From Turneriella sp. (lineage in GTDB: Bacteria > Spirochaetota > Leptospiria > Turneriellales > Turneriellaceae), in the NCBI GenBank assembly GCA_965279515.1, contig CBDIID010000003.1, forward strand, positions 2,176,001 to 2,240,000: a stretch of DNA of 64,000 nucleotides, written 5' to 3'. The notes under the pieces are model-generated. The model searched no databases and was not told where the DNA came from. It saw only the letters and a list, made by a program, of their open reading frames with translations. Shown piece after piece: positions 27,955 through 37,310 of this stretch; positions within the stretch are counted from its first letter, which is position 1; every line of letters starts with the position of its first letter. The position numbers and the translations under genes were made by a program.

Positions 27955-30048
27955 TCATATAAATTGCTTCCCGACGCCGAAGTTGAAACTCCAGATCATC
28001 ATATTCTGCCCGCCTGAATAAAAATAGAAATCGGGGCCGGTCTTAAAAAGAAATTTCAAACTCGGCGTGTAATCGTACTGCAGAATCGCGCCGATTGAAA
28101 CCAGCGGCGAGAAACCGGCGGATAAGGTTCCACCGCCGCTGCGCCAAAGGTTCTGGTACGACATGCCGAACCCCGCGTAGGGCAGAAGCTCGAGTTTGTA
28201 CGGTAGCGGTACCGGATAGGCGGCGAAGGCAACCAGATCGGTGCGGATCATATTCGTCTTAACCGTATCGGTCGAAGTTTCACCGGAGAATTGCTGCACG
28301 GCCAGCGTCGCCGAGGCTGTCGAAAAATTCACCTGGGCACCGAACAGCAGGTTGTAGGGTAGCAGATTTTTTATCTGGTAAACCGCCGACACGGCAAAGA
28401 GCGACGACATTTGCCCGACGGGAAAATTTTCATTCACCTGCAATGTATCCGCACTTTTGCCGAAGCTACCCATCGCGGGGTAACCCAGATAACCCGAGAC
28501 CTGGTGTTCAAGCGCCTTACTGCAACGCACCTTCACATCGATCGTCGTCGCATCGCCCAGCTTAGCCGGCTCGCCGATCTTGCAGCTCTGCGCCGGCAGT
28601 TTGGGCAGGCTGACGACGCTCAGATCGAAAGCCTGGAGATCTTCGACGCGCATCTGAAACTTTTGCTCGCCCAGCGCGGACACTTTCATTTCTTCTTTGC
28701 CGTCGAGCGACAACAAAAGTTCGCCGCCATAGAAGTCGGTGGTTTTTACAAGCACCGGCACTGTTTCGGTAATGCAGGTAATCAGAATTTCAATGTTCTT
28801 GAACGTCACAGACCCCGCGGCGTTACGCACGTGGCAAATCTGACGGGGTTCTTTGGGGTTTTTCTTCACCGTCAGGTTATACTGCTCGCCGGTTTTAAAC
28901 AGTTTGCCGAAATCCTTTGTGCTCTCACCGGGATTCACGCTGAAAGAGCTGCCGCCGAATTCGAGTACGAGACCCGCACCCTTGAGGCCGGCGATCTGCG
29001 CCGTGACGGCAAATTCAAGACCTTTGAGGTTACTTAAGATCGCCTTTTGTAATTTCTCCGCAGTGGCATCGCTGTCTTTCAATTCTTCACGCAGCGTGAA
29101 GAGGGTTTTTGCTAACTGCGCGTGATACGCCGAGACCGTGAGATACTTCTTCTTGCCGTCTGCGACAAGCTGCGGCCAGAACACGATGTCGGTCTTGAGC
29201 GCCGCTGCAGCATCGGCAAAAAACCGGGGATTCCCCTGGCCATCCCAATTCGCACCTTGCGCATACGCATTGACACTTTTACCTGAGACCTGGATACCGT
29301 AATTTTCTTCGCGGACGCTTGCGGCCGTCTTTTTGTAAAGCCCGGCCAATGCCTTATTTTTTTTGTCTGCCGCCGCAACCGGCAGCCACGCCATGCGCAG
29401 CGTCGCCGCGGTCTGGATCGAACCCGTCTCTTCGTCATCCGATTCCGTTTCGACGGTAATTTTTTTGAATTCGGCAATCACGTTTTCCGCCGAGGTATTG
29501 ATCGCCTCGAACAGCGAAGCATCGAGGTTCGGTTTGAGTTCAGGCAATTCTGCCGTACGGTTTTCATTCACGTAATAGACATAGGTGCGCATGCTGATCT
29601 GCGTCACCTCGTTCTCAGGCGCTGGTTGTCCTGGCGCACCGACGCCATCCGTGCCGGCGCCCGGCCCTGCACCTCCTGTGCTTTTGCCTGGCGCACGAAC
29701 CGGTTTTTCAATAATGCCGTATGAACCGTAGATGAGGATATCCGCCTTCAAGGCTACGGCAATGCGCAACAGGTTATTCTTTTCAGGCACTTTGCGCGGA
29801 TCAAAGATACCGATTTTGGCAAGATCGTCGAGCGCCGTCTTGACCTTGTCTTCTGAGATGCGCTGGTATGAGAATTTCTTTTTCAGGGAATCATCGATCG
29901 CCGAAGAGAGCGATCCGCCGAGGTAACCCGCGCTCTCGACATTGCCGGTAAAATGCACCATGCCGATACGCGCCAGTTCTGCCCGTGCCGGCGAATACCC
30001 GGCCATCAGCCCGGCCAATAAAAGTATGAAGCGTGTCAGGTTTTTCAT
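27955..30048 (-). CDS. Multidomain envelope protein: TolB_N/CsgG-like domains, two Cys-containing beta repeats, C-terminal beta-barrel
   Basis: Signal peptide; ADILIYGSY; GLKGAGLVL...YNLTVKKNP...QIC repeat; ends WSFNFGVGKQFI. Confidence 0.65.
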   Translation of the reverse strand: MKNLTRFILLLAGLMAGYSPARAELARIGMVHFTGNVESAGYLGGSLSSAIDDSLKKKFSYQRISEDKVKTALDDLAKIGIFDPRKVPEKNNLLRIAVALKADILIYGSYGIIEKPVRAPGKSTGGAGPGAGTDGVGAPGQPAPENEVTQISMRTYVYYVNENRTAELPELKPNLDASLFEAINTSAENVIAEFKKITVETESDDEETGSIQTAATLRMAWLPVAAADKKNKALAGLYKKTAASVREENYGIQVSGKSVNAYAQGANWDGQGNPRFFADAAAALKTDIVFWPQLVADGKKKYLTVSAYHAQLAKTLFTLREELKDSDATAEKLQKAILSNLKGLEFAVTAQIAGLKGAGLVLEFGGSSFSVNPGESTKDFGKLFKTGEQYNLTVKKNPKEPRQICHVRNAAGSVTFKNIEILITCITETVPVLVKTTDFYGGELLLSLDGKEEMKVSALGEQKFQMRVEDLQAFDLSVVSLPKLPAQSCKIGEPAKLGDATTIDVKVRCSKALEHQVSGYLGYPAMGSFGKSADTLQVNENFPVGQMSSLFAVSAVYQIKNLLPYNLLFGAQVNFSTASATLAVQQFSGETSTDTVKTNMIRTDLVAFAAYPVPLPYKLELLPYAGFGMSYQNLWRSGGGTLSAGFSPLVSIGAILQYDYTPSLKFLFKTGPDFYFYSGGQNMMIWSFNFGVGKQFI

Positions 30049-30175
30049 CTCGAATCGCTGCCAGCAGAGCACAAAAACAAGGTTTTGTCAACGGCACTCG
30101 GCGCAGCTTTGGCCTGCGCTTTCAGGCAGGTTTTCGGATTGTCTGCGTGAATCCATTCGCCCTGTTCACAGCCGG

Positions 30176-32590
30176 ATGCGCAGAATCGTTTTTGTCATCT
30201 TTGCCTTTTCACTGCTGGCTTGCAACCGTGCGCCAAAACCCAAGGTGGAAGGTGGCGTTCTGAATCTGGAACAGTATGATTTCGCGGCCAACGGCCCCCT
30301 CGCCCTCGATGGCAACTGGGAGTTTTATTACGGTCAGTTTCTCTCTCCTGACGATCTTCAAAAGGCGCAGGCTCCCGGAAAAACATTCATGCCTGTACCC
30401 GACTCATGGAATCACCATGGCTTTCGTGCCGATGGTTTCGCGACATACCGTTTGCGCATACAGCTGCCACAGCATTATAAGGGGGATAACTTCCTGAGCC
30501 TCAGGCTCGACACCGCCGGCACGGCCTATACCCTCTTCGTCAACGGCCGCAAAGCAGCGGCGGCCGGCCAGCCGGGCAACAGCGTCGAAACATCGCAGGG
30601 CAGTTATAAGGTGCTTACCGTTCCGGTGAAACCCGAGAAAGGCGAACTCGAACTGGTTTTCCATATTTCGAATTATTTCCACCGCTCCGGCGGCCTCTGG
30701 TTCAGCCACCACCTGGGACCGGTGGAACAAATTACCAGCATGCGTGAGAAGGGATTGTTTCGTGATTTTATCCTGATGGGAGCGCTCTTTATCATCGGCT
30801 TCTACCACATCAGCCTGTTTCTGAACCGCCGCCGGGAAATTGCCGTACTGCATTTCGGTCTGTTTTGCCTGATCGTTGCCTTCCGCGTGCCCTTCACAGG
30901 AGAATTTTTTCTCACGCAGCTGTTTCCTGATTTTCCGCTGACGCTACAGCTGCGCCTGGAATACGCGACGGTTTACATAACACCGGTCTTCGTCATATCT
31001 TTCATCGCACATTCGTATGCCGAAGGCACGCGCCGGTTTATTCTCTATTATTCACGCATCGTGGCTTTTCTCTTCTGTCTGACATTCATCTTTTTTCCCC
31101 CGTTTACCTTCACGCGATTTATCGCCGGGCACGATCTATTTCTGATGACGATCGTCGTCTGGGCGTTTTCAGTCATGTCGCGGGCTGTTTATCGCCGTAA
31201 GGAGAACGCACTCATTACCCTGCTATTGCTGATCTTTCTCGCGGCCACGCTGATCAACGACCTCTTATTCTCGCTGGAATTTATCTACACGACAAGCATG
31301 CTGCCGTTCGGCCTGATTGTTTTCGTTTTTGCGCAGGCAGTGCTGCTTTCGCGCAAGTTCTACCACGCCTACCGCCTCTCCGAAGATCTTTCGGTATCGC
31401 TCACGGTCACAAACCGTGACCTGACGCAGCTCAAGGAGAGTCTTGAACTCAAGGTCAAGGAACGCACCGAAGTCTTGCACGAAAAAAACAGCGAACTTGC
31501 CACGGCGATCCACACCCGCGAGAAATTTCTCTCGATCATCGCGCACGACCTGCGCAGCCCGCTCATCGGCATGGCGCGCATCTTCGAGTCAGTCACCGGG
31601 GGTGTCGCGAAACTCGAAGACAAAATGATTCCGGCGCTCAGCAAAACCGCGCGCGAAAGCGTCAACCTGCTCGAAAATATGCTCAGCTGGGCGATGAGCC
31701 AGAAAAACCAGTTGAAGATTTTTCCCGACGATGTCGACCTCAGAAAAATTCTCGAAAGGATTCTGCACCTGTCGGAGCATATTGCGGCGGAGAAAAACCT
31801 GCGACTGAGTTTGGCACTGCCCGATGAGCTCTGGGTGCATGCAGACGGCAGCATGATAGAGACCGTGCTGCGCAATCTCATCAGCAATGCGGCGAAATTT
31901 ACACCGCCCGGCGGCGAGATCACTTTCACGGCGCTGACGAGTATTGACCGGGTTCGCCTTGAAATCCGTGACACGGGCCCCGGCATGCCGCCCGATAAAT
32001 TGTCGGCGTTGTTTGCCGTTGTTTCCGCCGGGGCAAAAACAGCAGCCCGAATCAAAGATGAGGGTACCGGACTCGGCCTCATTATCTGCAAAGAATTTGT
32101 CGAAGCAAATGGCGGCACAATCGGGGCGGCGAGCGAACCGGGAAAAGGCAGCTGCTTCTGGTTCGAGATTCCCGCAGGAATCGAGGCGGCTTCGGCAACA
32201 CGGCCCGGTCTACCGCAGAACCTGAGACTGCTGCGTGCGCTTATCATTGAAGACAATGCGATCCACCAGCGCCTCGCCGAAGGCGTGCTGGCAGAAATCG
32301 GCATCGGCGCCGAAATAGCGGGCGATGGCCAGGCAGCCTGGGACATGCTGCAGCGTCAGGCCTTCGACTTCATTCTACTCGATGTAAAACTTCCCGGCAT
32401 GGACGGATTTACCCTGGCGGCAAAACTCGCTACCCAGACAACGCGGCCCCGTGTGATCTTTCACTCGAGTTTCAGCGAAGAAGAGATTTTGCAACATGTC
32501 ACCGCTGCAGATTTTGATGCCGTGTTGCCGAAACCGCTTGATCGAGACGCGCTGACGGCAATTCTGACCCGGTTCTATGCTGCAGACTGA
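30176..32590 (+). CDS. 7TM-DISM hybrid sensor histidine kinase with receiver domain
   Basis: LDGNWEFY extracellular domain, 7 TM, AHDLRSP, NLISNAAKF, GTGLGL, LLDVKLPGMDG. Confidence 0.93.
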   Translation: MRRIVFVIFAFSLLACNRAPKPKVEGGVLNLEQYDFAANGPLALDGNWEFYYGQFLSPDDLQKAQAPGKTFMPVPDSWNHHGFRADGFATYRLRIQLPQHYKGDNFLSLRLDTAGTAYTLFVNGRKAAAAGQPGNSVETSQGSYKVLTVPVKPEKGELELVFHISNYFHRSGGLWFSHHLGPVEQITSMREKGLFRDFILMGALFIIGFYHISLFLNRRREIAVLHFGLFCLIVAFRVPFTGEFFLTQLFPDFPLTLQLRLEYATVYITPVFVISFIAHSYAEGTRRFILYYSRIVAFLFCLTFIFFPPFTFTRFIAGHDLFLMTIVVWAFSVMSRAVYRRKENALITLLLLIFLAATLINDLLFSLEFIYTTSMLPFGLIVFVFAQAVLLSRKFYHAYRLSEDLSVSLTVTNRDLTQLKESLELKVKERTEVLHEKNSELATAIHTREKFLSIIAHDLRSPLIGMARIFESVTGGVAKLEDKMIPALSKTARESVNLLENMLSWAMSQKNQLKIFPDDVDLRKILERILHLSEHIAAEKNLRLSLALPDELWVHADGSMIETVLRNLISNAAKFTPPGGEITFTALTSIDRVRLEIRDTGPGMPPDKLSALFAVVSAGAKTAARIKDEGTGLGLIICKEFVEANGGTIGAASEPGKGSCFWFEIPAGIEAASATRPGLPQNLRLLRALIIEDNAIHQRLAEGVLAEIGIGAEIAGDGQAAWDMLQRQAFDFILLDVKLPGMDGFTLAAKLATQTTRPRVIFHSSFSEEEILQHVTAADFDAVLPKPLDRDALTAILTRFYAAD

Positions 32591-33224
32591 ATCGCCGATT
32601 CGACTCGTGATCGCCGAAGACCATCCGGTGTTTCTGGACGGACTTATCGCCAATTTCAAAAAACACCCCGAATTCGAAATTGTCGGCCGTGCGGGTGACG
32701 GCCATGAGTTTCTGAAACTCATCGGGGAGCGCGCGGCAGACGTCGCACTGGTCGACATCTTCATGCCGAACCTCGACGGCATCGAAGCCCTGAAGCAGGC
32801 ACGCACCACGAGGCCAGAGCTGAAGATCGTCATCATGACCGGCAACATCGAACCCGAGTTCTTAAATCTCGCCCTGTCGTCAGGGGCTACCGGCTATGTC
32901 TCGAAGAACGACGATTTTCTGAACATGATTCAGACGCTGAAGCTCGCGCACCAGGGCCGCAAGGCGCTGTCGCCCAAATCACAACAGATCGTTTTCGATG
33001 CGGCCTCTGCCGTGGCCAATCCCCTCGAAGTTCTTACAACCCGCGAACTCGAAGTCTTCAAACTCGTCGCGGCGGGCATCCCCAGCGAAAAGATCTGCAA
33101 CGATCTGGATATTGCCTTGCGCACTTTGGTTTTTCATAAACAAAATATTAAAGAGAAACTGCAGGTGCGCAGCACGGCAGAGATGGCCGGCATTGCGCAT
33201 AAATACCGGCTGCTGAATAAATAG
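32577..33224 (+). CDS. NarL/FixJ (LuxR-HTH) response regulator
   Basis: AEDH, LVDIFMP, LTTRELEV...HKQNIKEKL. Confidence 0.94.
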   Translation: MLQTESPIRLVIAEDHPVFLDGLIANFKKHPEFEIVGRAGDGHEFLKLIGERAADVALVDIFMPNLDGIEALKQARTTRPELKIVIMTGNIEPEFLNLALSSGATGYVSKNDDFLNMIQTLKLAHQGRKALSPKSQQIVFDAASAVANPLEVLTTRELEVFKLVAAGIPSEKICNDLDIALRTLVFHKQNIKEKLQVRSTAEMAGIAHKYRLLNK

Positions 33225-33225
33225 G

Positions 33226-33828
33226 TTATTTCAGAATCGCATCAAACATGTCCGGCATTTGGTCGAGGTAAAACTTCTGCCCGCTGATTCTCCACATCGC
33301 CACATTGCCTTCGTAGATCGCCAAGGCCTTGCGCGCCAGCGCTAACTTGTCGGTCGCCGCCGGCAGATGGCCCAGACGAATCGCGTCGACAAGATAGTCG
33401 CAGAGCAGATCTTCCCACATACGGGATACCGATCTGAGCTGCGCCTGGAACTCCGCGTCGGCCTCGGGCATCTGCAGGGCGAAGCGCAGAAACGGGCAGC
33501 CGAAAAATTCGCCGCGTTTGATCTGCCTTTTTTTTGCGAGCACCCAGGCGCGAAACAGTTGGCGAGGCTCGGGGTATTGTTGCATCAAAGCCTTCAGATC
33601 TGCCATGCTCTCTTCTTCTTTGCGGCGCAGGTAGACGAGGCCGAGATCTTTTTTGGATTTAAACGTATCGTAAAAACTGCGCGGCACGACTCCGGCGGCA
33701 TCCATGAGGTCGCGCACGGGAGTCACGGCATAACCCTGGCGCGAAAACAGCGTGTCGGCGGTGGTCTCTAACCGGTCGCGCACGCTGATCGCGCTGCGCG
33801 GTTTGCGTCTGGATGGCGCCTCATTCAC
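33226..33828 (-). CDS. TetR/AcrR family transcriptional regulator
   Basis: LFSRQGYAVT...FYDTFKSKKDL HTH; GCPF; start GTG 33828 (alternative ATG 33843). Confidence 0.9.
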   Translation of the reverse strand: MNEAPSRRKPRSAISVRDRLETTADTLFSRQGYAVTPVRDLMDAAGVVPRSFYDTFKSKKDLGLVYLRRKEEESMADLKALMQQYPEPRQLFRAWVLAKKRQIKRGEFFGCPFLRFALQMPEADAEFQAQLRSVSRMWEDLLCDYLVDAIRLGHLPAATDKLALARKALAIYEGNVAMWRISGQKFYLDQMPDMFDAILK

Positions 33829-33829
33829 C

Positions 33830-33863
33830 TTGACAACATACATAACACTATGTATGTTGTCAA
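33830..33863. promoter_or_regulatory. Perfect inverted repeat: probable TetR operator and bidirectional sigma70 promoter
   Basis: TTGACAACATACATA-ACAC-TATGTATGTTGTCAA; gives TTGACA-N17-TATGTT on both strands. Confidence 0.8.
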
Positions 33864-33902
33864 ATAAAACGCGGAGGCTCAACCATCTGCGCTGGAGGGA
33901 AC

Positions 33903-34316
33903 ATGAATGAAAATTACACCCTGAAAAAAATACTGATCCGGGGAATCCTGAGCGGGCTATTCTTCACAGCACTTTGGTCGTCGTGGGCCTATTATGCCAA
34001 CATGGCGTATGGCGTTGAAGCAGCGCGGAAGGCGGCGATTACGCAGGGAAGTTTTACCATCGTCAACGCGTTTCTCTTTACAGTGATCATGGAGTATATG
34101 TTCTCGATTGGCAAAACCGCTTTCACACGGCTGTTGCTCGCCTTTGTCTTACCAAACTCGATCGTTGCTGTGGTACTGACTTCGCTGCACTATTACCGTG
34201 GCACACCGAACGTGCTCACAACAGTCGCGCCGTCGCTGGTCATTGTCGCGGCGCTGTCGCTCGGTTATGTATTGATTGTCGGGCCCAGAAAAATCAAATC
34301 AGGCGCGGCGGCTTAG
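33903..34316 (+). CDS. Four-TM membrane protein, probable TetR target
   Basis: RBS GGAGG; four hydrophobic helices. Confidence 0.8.
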   Translation: MNENYTLKKILIRGILSGLFFTALWSSWAYYANMAYGVEAARKAAITQGSFTIVNAFLFTVIMEYMFSIGKTAFTRLLLAFVLPNSIVAVVLTSLHYYRGTPNVLTTVAPSLVIVAALSLGYVLIVGPRKIKSGAAA

Positions 34317-34450
34317 CAGGCTCCGGAAAACTTCCGAAAAAGCGAAAAGCCTCGCCGTTTGCCTTGCAAACGGCTACTAAAGCGCTCCGCTGCTTTTCGC
34401 TTTTTCGGTTCCGGAAGCCTGCTAAGAGTTTCCTTTCAGGAAACTCTTAG
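34312..34450. repeat. Nested inverted-repeat element (REP/MITE-like); may also act as a bidirectional terminator
   Basis: Four stems, including a perfect 17-bp stem and a perfect 13-bp hairpin; CTTAG at both ends. Confidence 0.7.
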
Positions 34451-35295
34451 ACCCGCAGTACCTGGTTGATGAGCGTGCCGAGCATGCCGTCGTGCGTCTG
34501 AATTGCCTTCTGGTTCGCCTCGTACATACGCTGCACCTCGATCATGTTGACCATTTCGGTGACGATGTTGACGTTCGAGGCTTCAAGAAAGCCCTGTAAA
34601 ATTTCGGGCGCCTTGACCTGATCGACCGGGCGCATGTCGCCCGATTCGGGCGTGGTGTTGTAAAATGACAATCCGACTTTGTCAAGATGCCGGGGATGGT
34701 CTACGGTGCGGATCTGCAGGGTATCGAGCAATACGGGATTTTCCCACTGGTTGATATCCTTACTCGTAAAATTTCGCGGATCGTTACCCACAGCCTGGTT
34801 GATCCAGACTTCACCATTCGATTTCACAATGTAGTTGTTATGGTTCACGCGGATCGGCCCCTTCTCGCCCATCAGCGGAAAACCGTCGGGCGTCACCAGC
34901 ATACCGTTGCGGTCTAAAATAAAGGCGCCGCTGCGTGTCAGGCGGGGCCCTGCCTGGGACTCCACCACGAGAAAACCGTCGCCATTGATCGCAAGGTCCT
35001 GGTCACGGTCGGTCTTCTTCAACGCGCCCTGATCAAAACGCGTAAAAACCTCATTCACTTCGCTGCCGGTGCCGAGCTTCCCTACTAAAGGAGAGATATC
35101 AAAGCCGCCCATGGGCATCCAGCCTACACCGTCGTCGCGCGTGCGGTGAATCAGAACCTCGGGGTTGGCGCGGAATATTGTCACATCTTCTTTGAAGGCC
35201 GTCTTATCCACGTTCGCGATATTGTTCGCCACCGTGTCCATTTTGACCTGCATCGCGCTCATTCCCGACGCGCCTGTGTAAATACCCCGCAGCAT
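34447..35295 (-). CDS. flgG: Flagellar hook-basal body rod protein (FlgG/FlgF family)
   Basis: [53 protein letters not shown]; exact paralog uncertain. Confidence 0.8.
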   Translation of the reverse strand: MLRGIYTGASGMSAMQVKMDTVANNIANVDKTAFKEDVTIFRANPEVLIHRTRDDGVGWMPMGGFDISPLVGKLGTGSEVNEVFTRFDQGALKKTDRDQDLAINGDGFLVVESQAGPRLTRSGAFILDRNGMLVTPDGFPLMGEKGPIRVNHNNYIVKSNGEVWINQAVGNDPRNFTSKDINQWENPVLLDTLQIRTVDHPRHLDKVGLSFYNTTPESGDMRPVDQVKAPEILQGFLEASNVNIVTEMVNMIEVQRMYEANQKAIQTHDGMLGTLINQVLRV

Positions 35296-35431
35296 AGTTG
35301 ATTATCGATGGGGGGATGCCTTTCGGTGAGGGATTTTTATTCGCCCGGCATGCCCGGTCGCAGCTTTTCCCAGAGTTACAACGATACATGAGAAAAAAAC
35401 AGGCTTTTTCGGTATTTCTTATGTAAACACC

Positions 35432-35968
35432 ATGCAATGCAGAAAACAACCCCGGTTTTTGGCCGACAAACCTGTGCAAATCACTCATCTTTTGGAGATA
35501 CGGCTGGCGCCCATACACTGGAACAGAATTAAACTAGCCTCCTGGCAGCGTCGCCGTACCTACTCGACCATAACCCGCTACTGCACCTTGCGCCTGGCGC
35601 GCAAGTGCTCGCTGCGCTGGACGCCTAAGTTGCAGGTCGCGGCGACGGGCGTTAGGCAGGGACTTGAGATAGCACAGGATATTCATCGCCATATGATGTG
35701 TTTGTATGGGGATGATGCGAAGCTTATCCGCCTTGCCGCAATTGAACTGGGTTTAACCATCACGGGCTTCGTTCGGTTGGCGATTGAGCTCTATCTCCAA
35801 ACGCTGGTTATGGAAAAACGTAGCCAGCGATTGGTGTCGAACGCTAGTCTAACGTGGGATGGCATTCGCTGTATCGAAAACATCCAAATATTCGCCATAA
35901 ACGGCGGTGCCCGGCCATTCTATCGCAATCTAAGCTGCCTGTGCTTCGATCCGGATAGCTATTGGTGA
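35432..35968 (+). CDS. Hypothetical protein with tandem ribbon-helix-helix-like segments (DUF1564-like)
   Basis: EIRLAPIHWNRIKLASWQRRRTYSTITRYC and MMCLYGDDAKLIRLAAIELGLTITGFVRLAI. Confidence 0.55.
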   Translation: MQCRKQPRFLADKPVQITHLLEIRLAPIHWNRIKLASWQRRRTYSTITRYCTLRLARKCSLRWTPKLQVAATGVRQGLEIAQDIHRHMMCLYGDDAKLIRLAAIELGLTITGFVRLAIELYLQTLVMEKRSQRLVSNASLTWDGIRCIENIQIFAINGGARPFYRNLSCLCFDPDSYW

Positions 35969-36016
35969 ATCAAACCCGCATAACCCGACAAAAGACGTCC
36001 ACGCTCACAAGCCAAG

Positions 36017-36045
36017 TCGACAAAGCCGTTTTTTTACCCTATAAA
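36017..36045 (+). promoter_or_regulatory. Candidate sigma70 promoter for the OMP gene
   Basis: TCGACA-N17-TATAAA. Confidence 0.45.
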
Positions 36046-36071
36046 CAGCGCAGTTGAGCTCCAAAAGCACT

Positions 36072-36093
36072 CCGGGGGAGACCCCGGTTTTTT
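36072..36093 (+). terminator. Intrinsic terminator-like hairpin
   Basis: CCGGGG-GAGA-CCCCGG-TTTTTT. Confidence 0.6.
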
Positions 36094-36116
36094 AACGGGC
36101 CAACGAGGAAAAAAAT

Positions 36117-36854
36117 ATGAAAAAGCAAATGTTAATCAGTTTATGCATAGCAGGTATTGTAGCACAAGGCCTCAATGCCGCACCGGCTGCCGAAAGCCCT
36201 TCACCGGCAAAGGCAAAGGGCCGTCAGGCAACAATTTCACTCTGGGGCGGCTATACTCCCTATGTCGGCGCCGTCGACAAGAGCGAGTATAACTCCGCCT
36301 GCGACGTTTATACGAAGGCAGGGGGGAGCTGCACAAACAAGTTTGGCGGTTATGCCGGCGGTGTGGATCTCTGGATGGGTAATGTTGCGCAGATCGGTTT
36401 TGCGGCGCAGTACTTTCAGGCAGCGAGCTTCGAAGGCTCTTCGAGCACCACCGTGTCATCGCCGCCACCACCGGGCAATACCACGACGGTGAAAACGACG
36501 GAGAAACTGTTTTCGCACTTCATTCCGCTGATGGCGCAGTTCCGCTTCCACCCGAAATTTTTCTATATCGGTATCGGAGCAGGAGCCGCGATCAACATCA
36601 CGAGCTATGAATTTACCGTAAGCAATTCCACGACCAGCGGCCGCAAGACGTCGAACCCAACAGGATTTTTCGCCCAGGCAACGCTCGGGATCGCCATTCC
36701 CCTGTCAGACAATGTCAGCGTCGACGCCTTTGTCAAAGGCTCGCTGCTAACCGTGTTCTATGAAGCCACGAAGGATTCGAGCGGTAACTACACATACCAG
36801 AGTGCCAGCGCATGGGCTGTGACTCCTGGTATTGCATTCTCTTTTCACTTCTGA
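36117..36854 (+). CDS. Outer membrane beta-barrel protein
   Basis: Signal peptide; alternating beta strands; ends PGIAFSFHF. Confidence 0.8.
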   Translation: MKKQMLISLCIAGIVAQGLNAAPAAESPSPAKAKGRQATISLWGGYTPYVGAVDKSEYNSACDVYTKAGGSCTNKFGGYAGGVDLWMGNVAQIGFAAQYFQAASFEGSSSTTVSSPPPPGNTTTVKTTEKLFSHFIPLMAQFRFHPKFFYIGIGAGAAINITSYEFTVSNSTTSGRKTSNPTGFFAQATLGIAIPLSDNVSVDAFVKGSLLTVFYEATKDSSGNYTYQSASAWAVTPGIAFSFHF

Positions 36855-36863
36855 GGAGAGTCT

Positions 36864-37310
36864 GTGGAAACCGACAAAAAAATCCGCATTGTACAGATTC
36901 TGCTGACGCTGACAGCTATCGAATTTTTTGGCCCGGCGCTGCGTGACGCCGGGGAATCACATCTCACCAACGCCGCATGGCCGGGCCATGCGCGCGTGCA
37001 CATGATGTGGCTTATCGCCTACATGGTCACGTCAGGCATTGCCAATGTCTACCTGATTTGGCTGAGGCGTCCGTTCACACTGCAGAATCTCTATCTGTCA
37101 TTCGGATGGCAAACCTGTAACCTCGCGGCATTCTGGCTGGCGGTCATTCTCTCTCCGGCATACGGTGGCGCAGTCATCGATGGGGTTTACCATGTTGAAA
37201 TCATGGGCATCAATGAGAATATTCTCGCCTTCACGCTGCTTTCGTCGCTGACGGCGATGTCCTTCGCGTACTTCCACTTCCACGTGGTGCCACGCCACCG
37301 GAGCGCCTGA
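36864..37310 (+). CDS. Membrane protein (DUF6640-like)
   Basis: D.GESHLTNAAWPGHARVH motif; four TM. Confidence 0.7.
   Translation: METDKKIRIVQILLTLTAIEFFGPALRDAGESHLTNAAWPGHARVHMMWLIAYMVTSGIANVYLIWLRRPFTLQNLYLSFGWQTCNLAAFWLAVILSPAYGGAVIDGVYHVEIMGINENILAFTLLSSLTAMSFAYFHFHVVPRHRSA

Noticed and set aside
29942..30175. N-terminal extension of the kinase ORF
   Set aside because: Overlaps the divergent gene; the signal-like sequence begins at 30176
35296..35345. Possible sigma28 promoter for the flgG-like gene (TCGATAA)
   Set aside because: No convincing -35 element at the proper spacing
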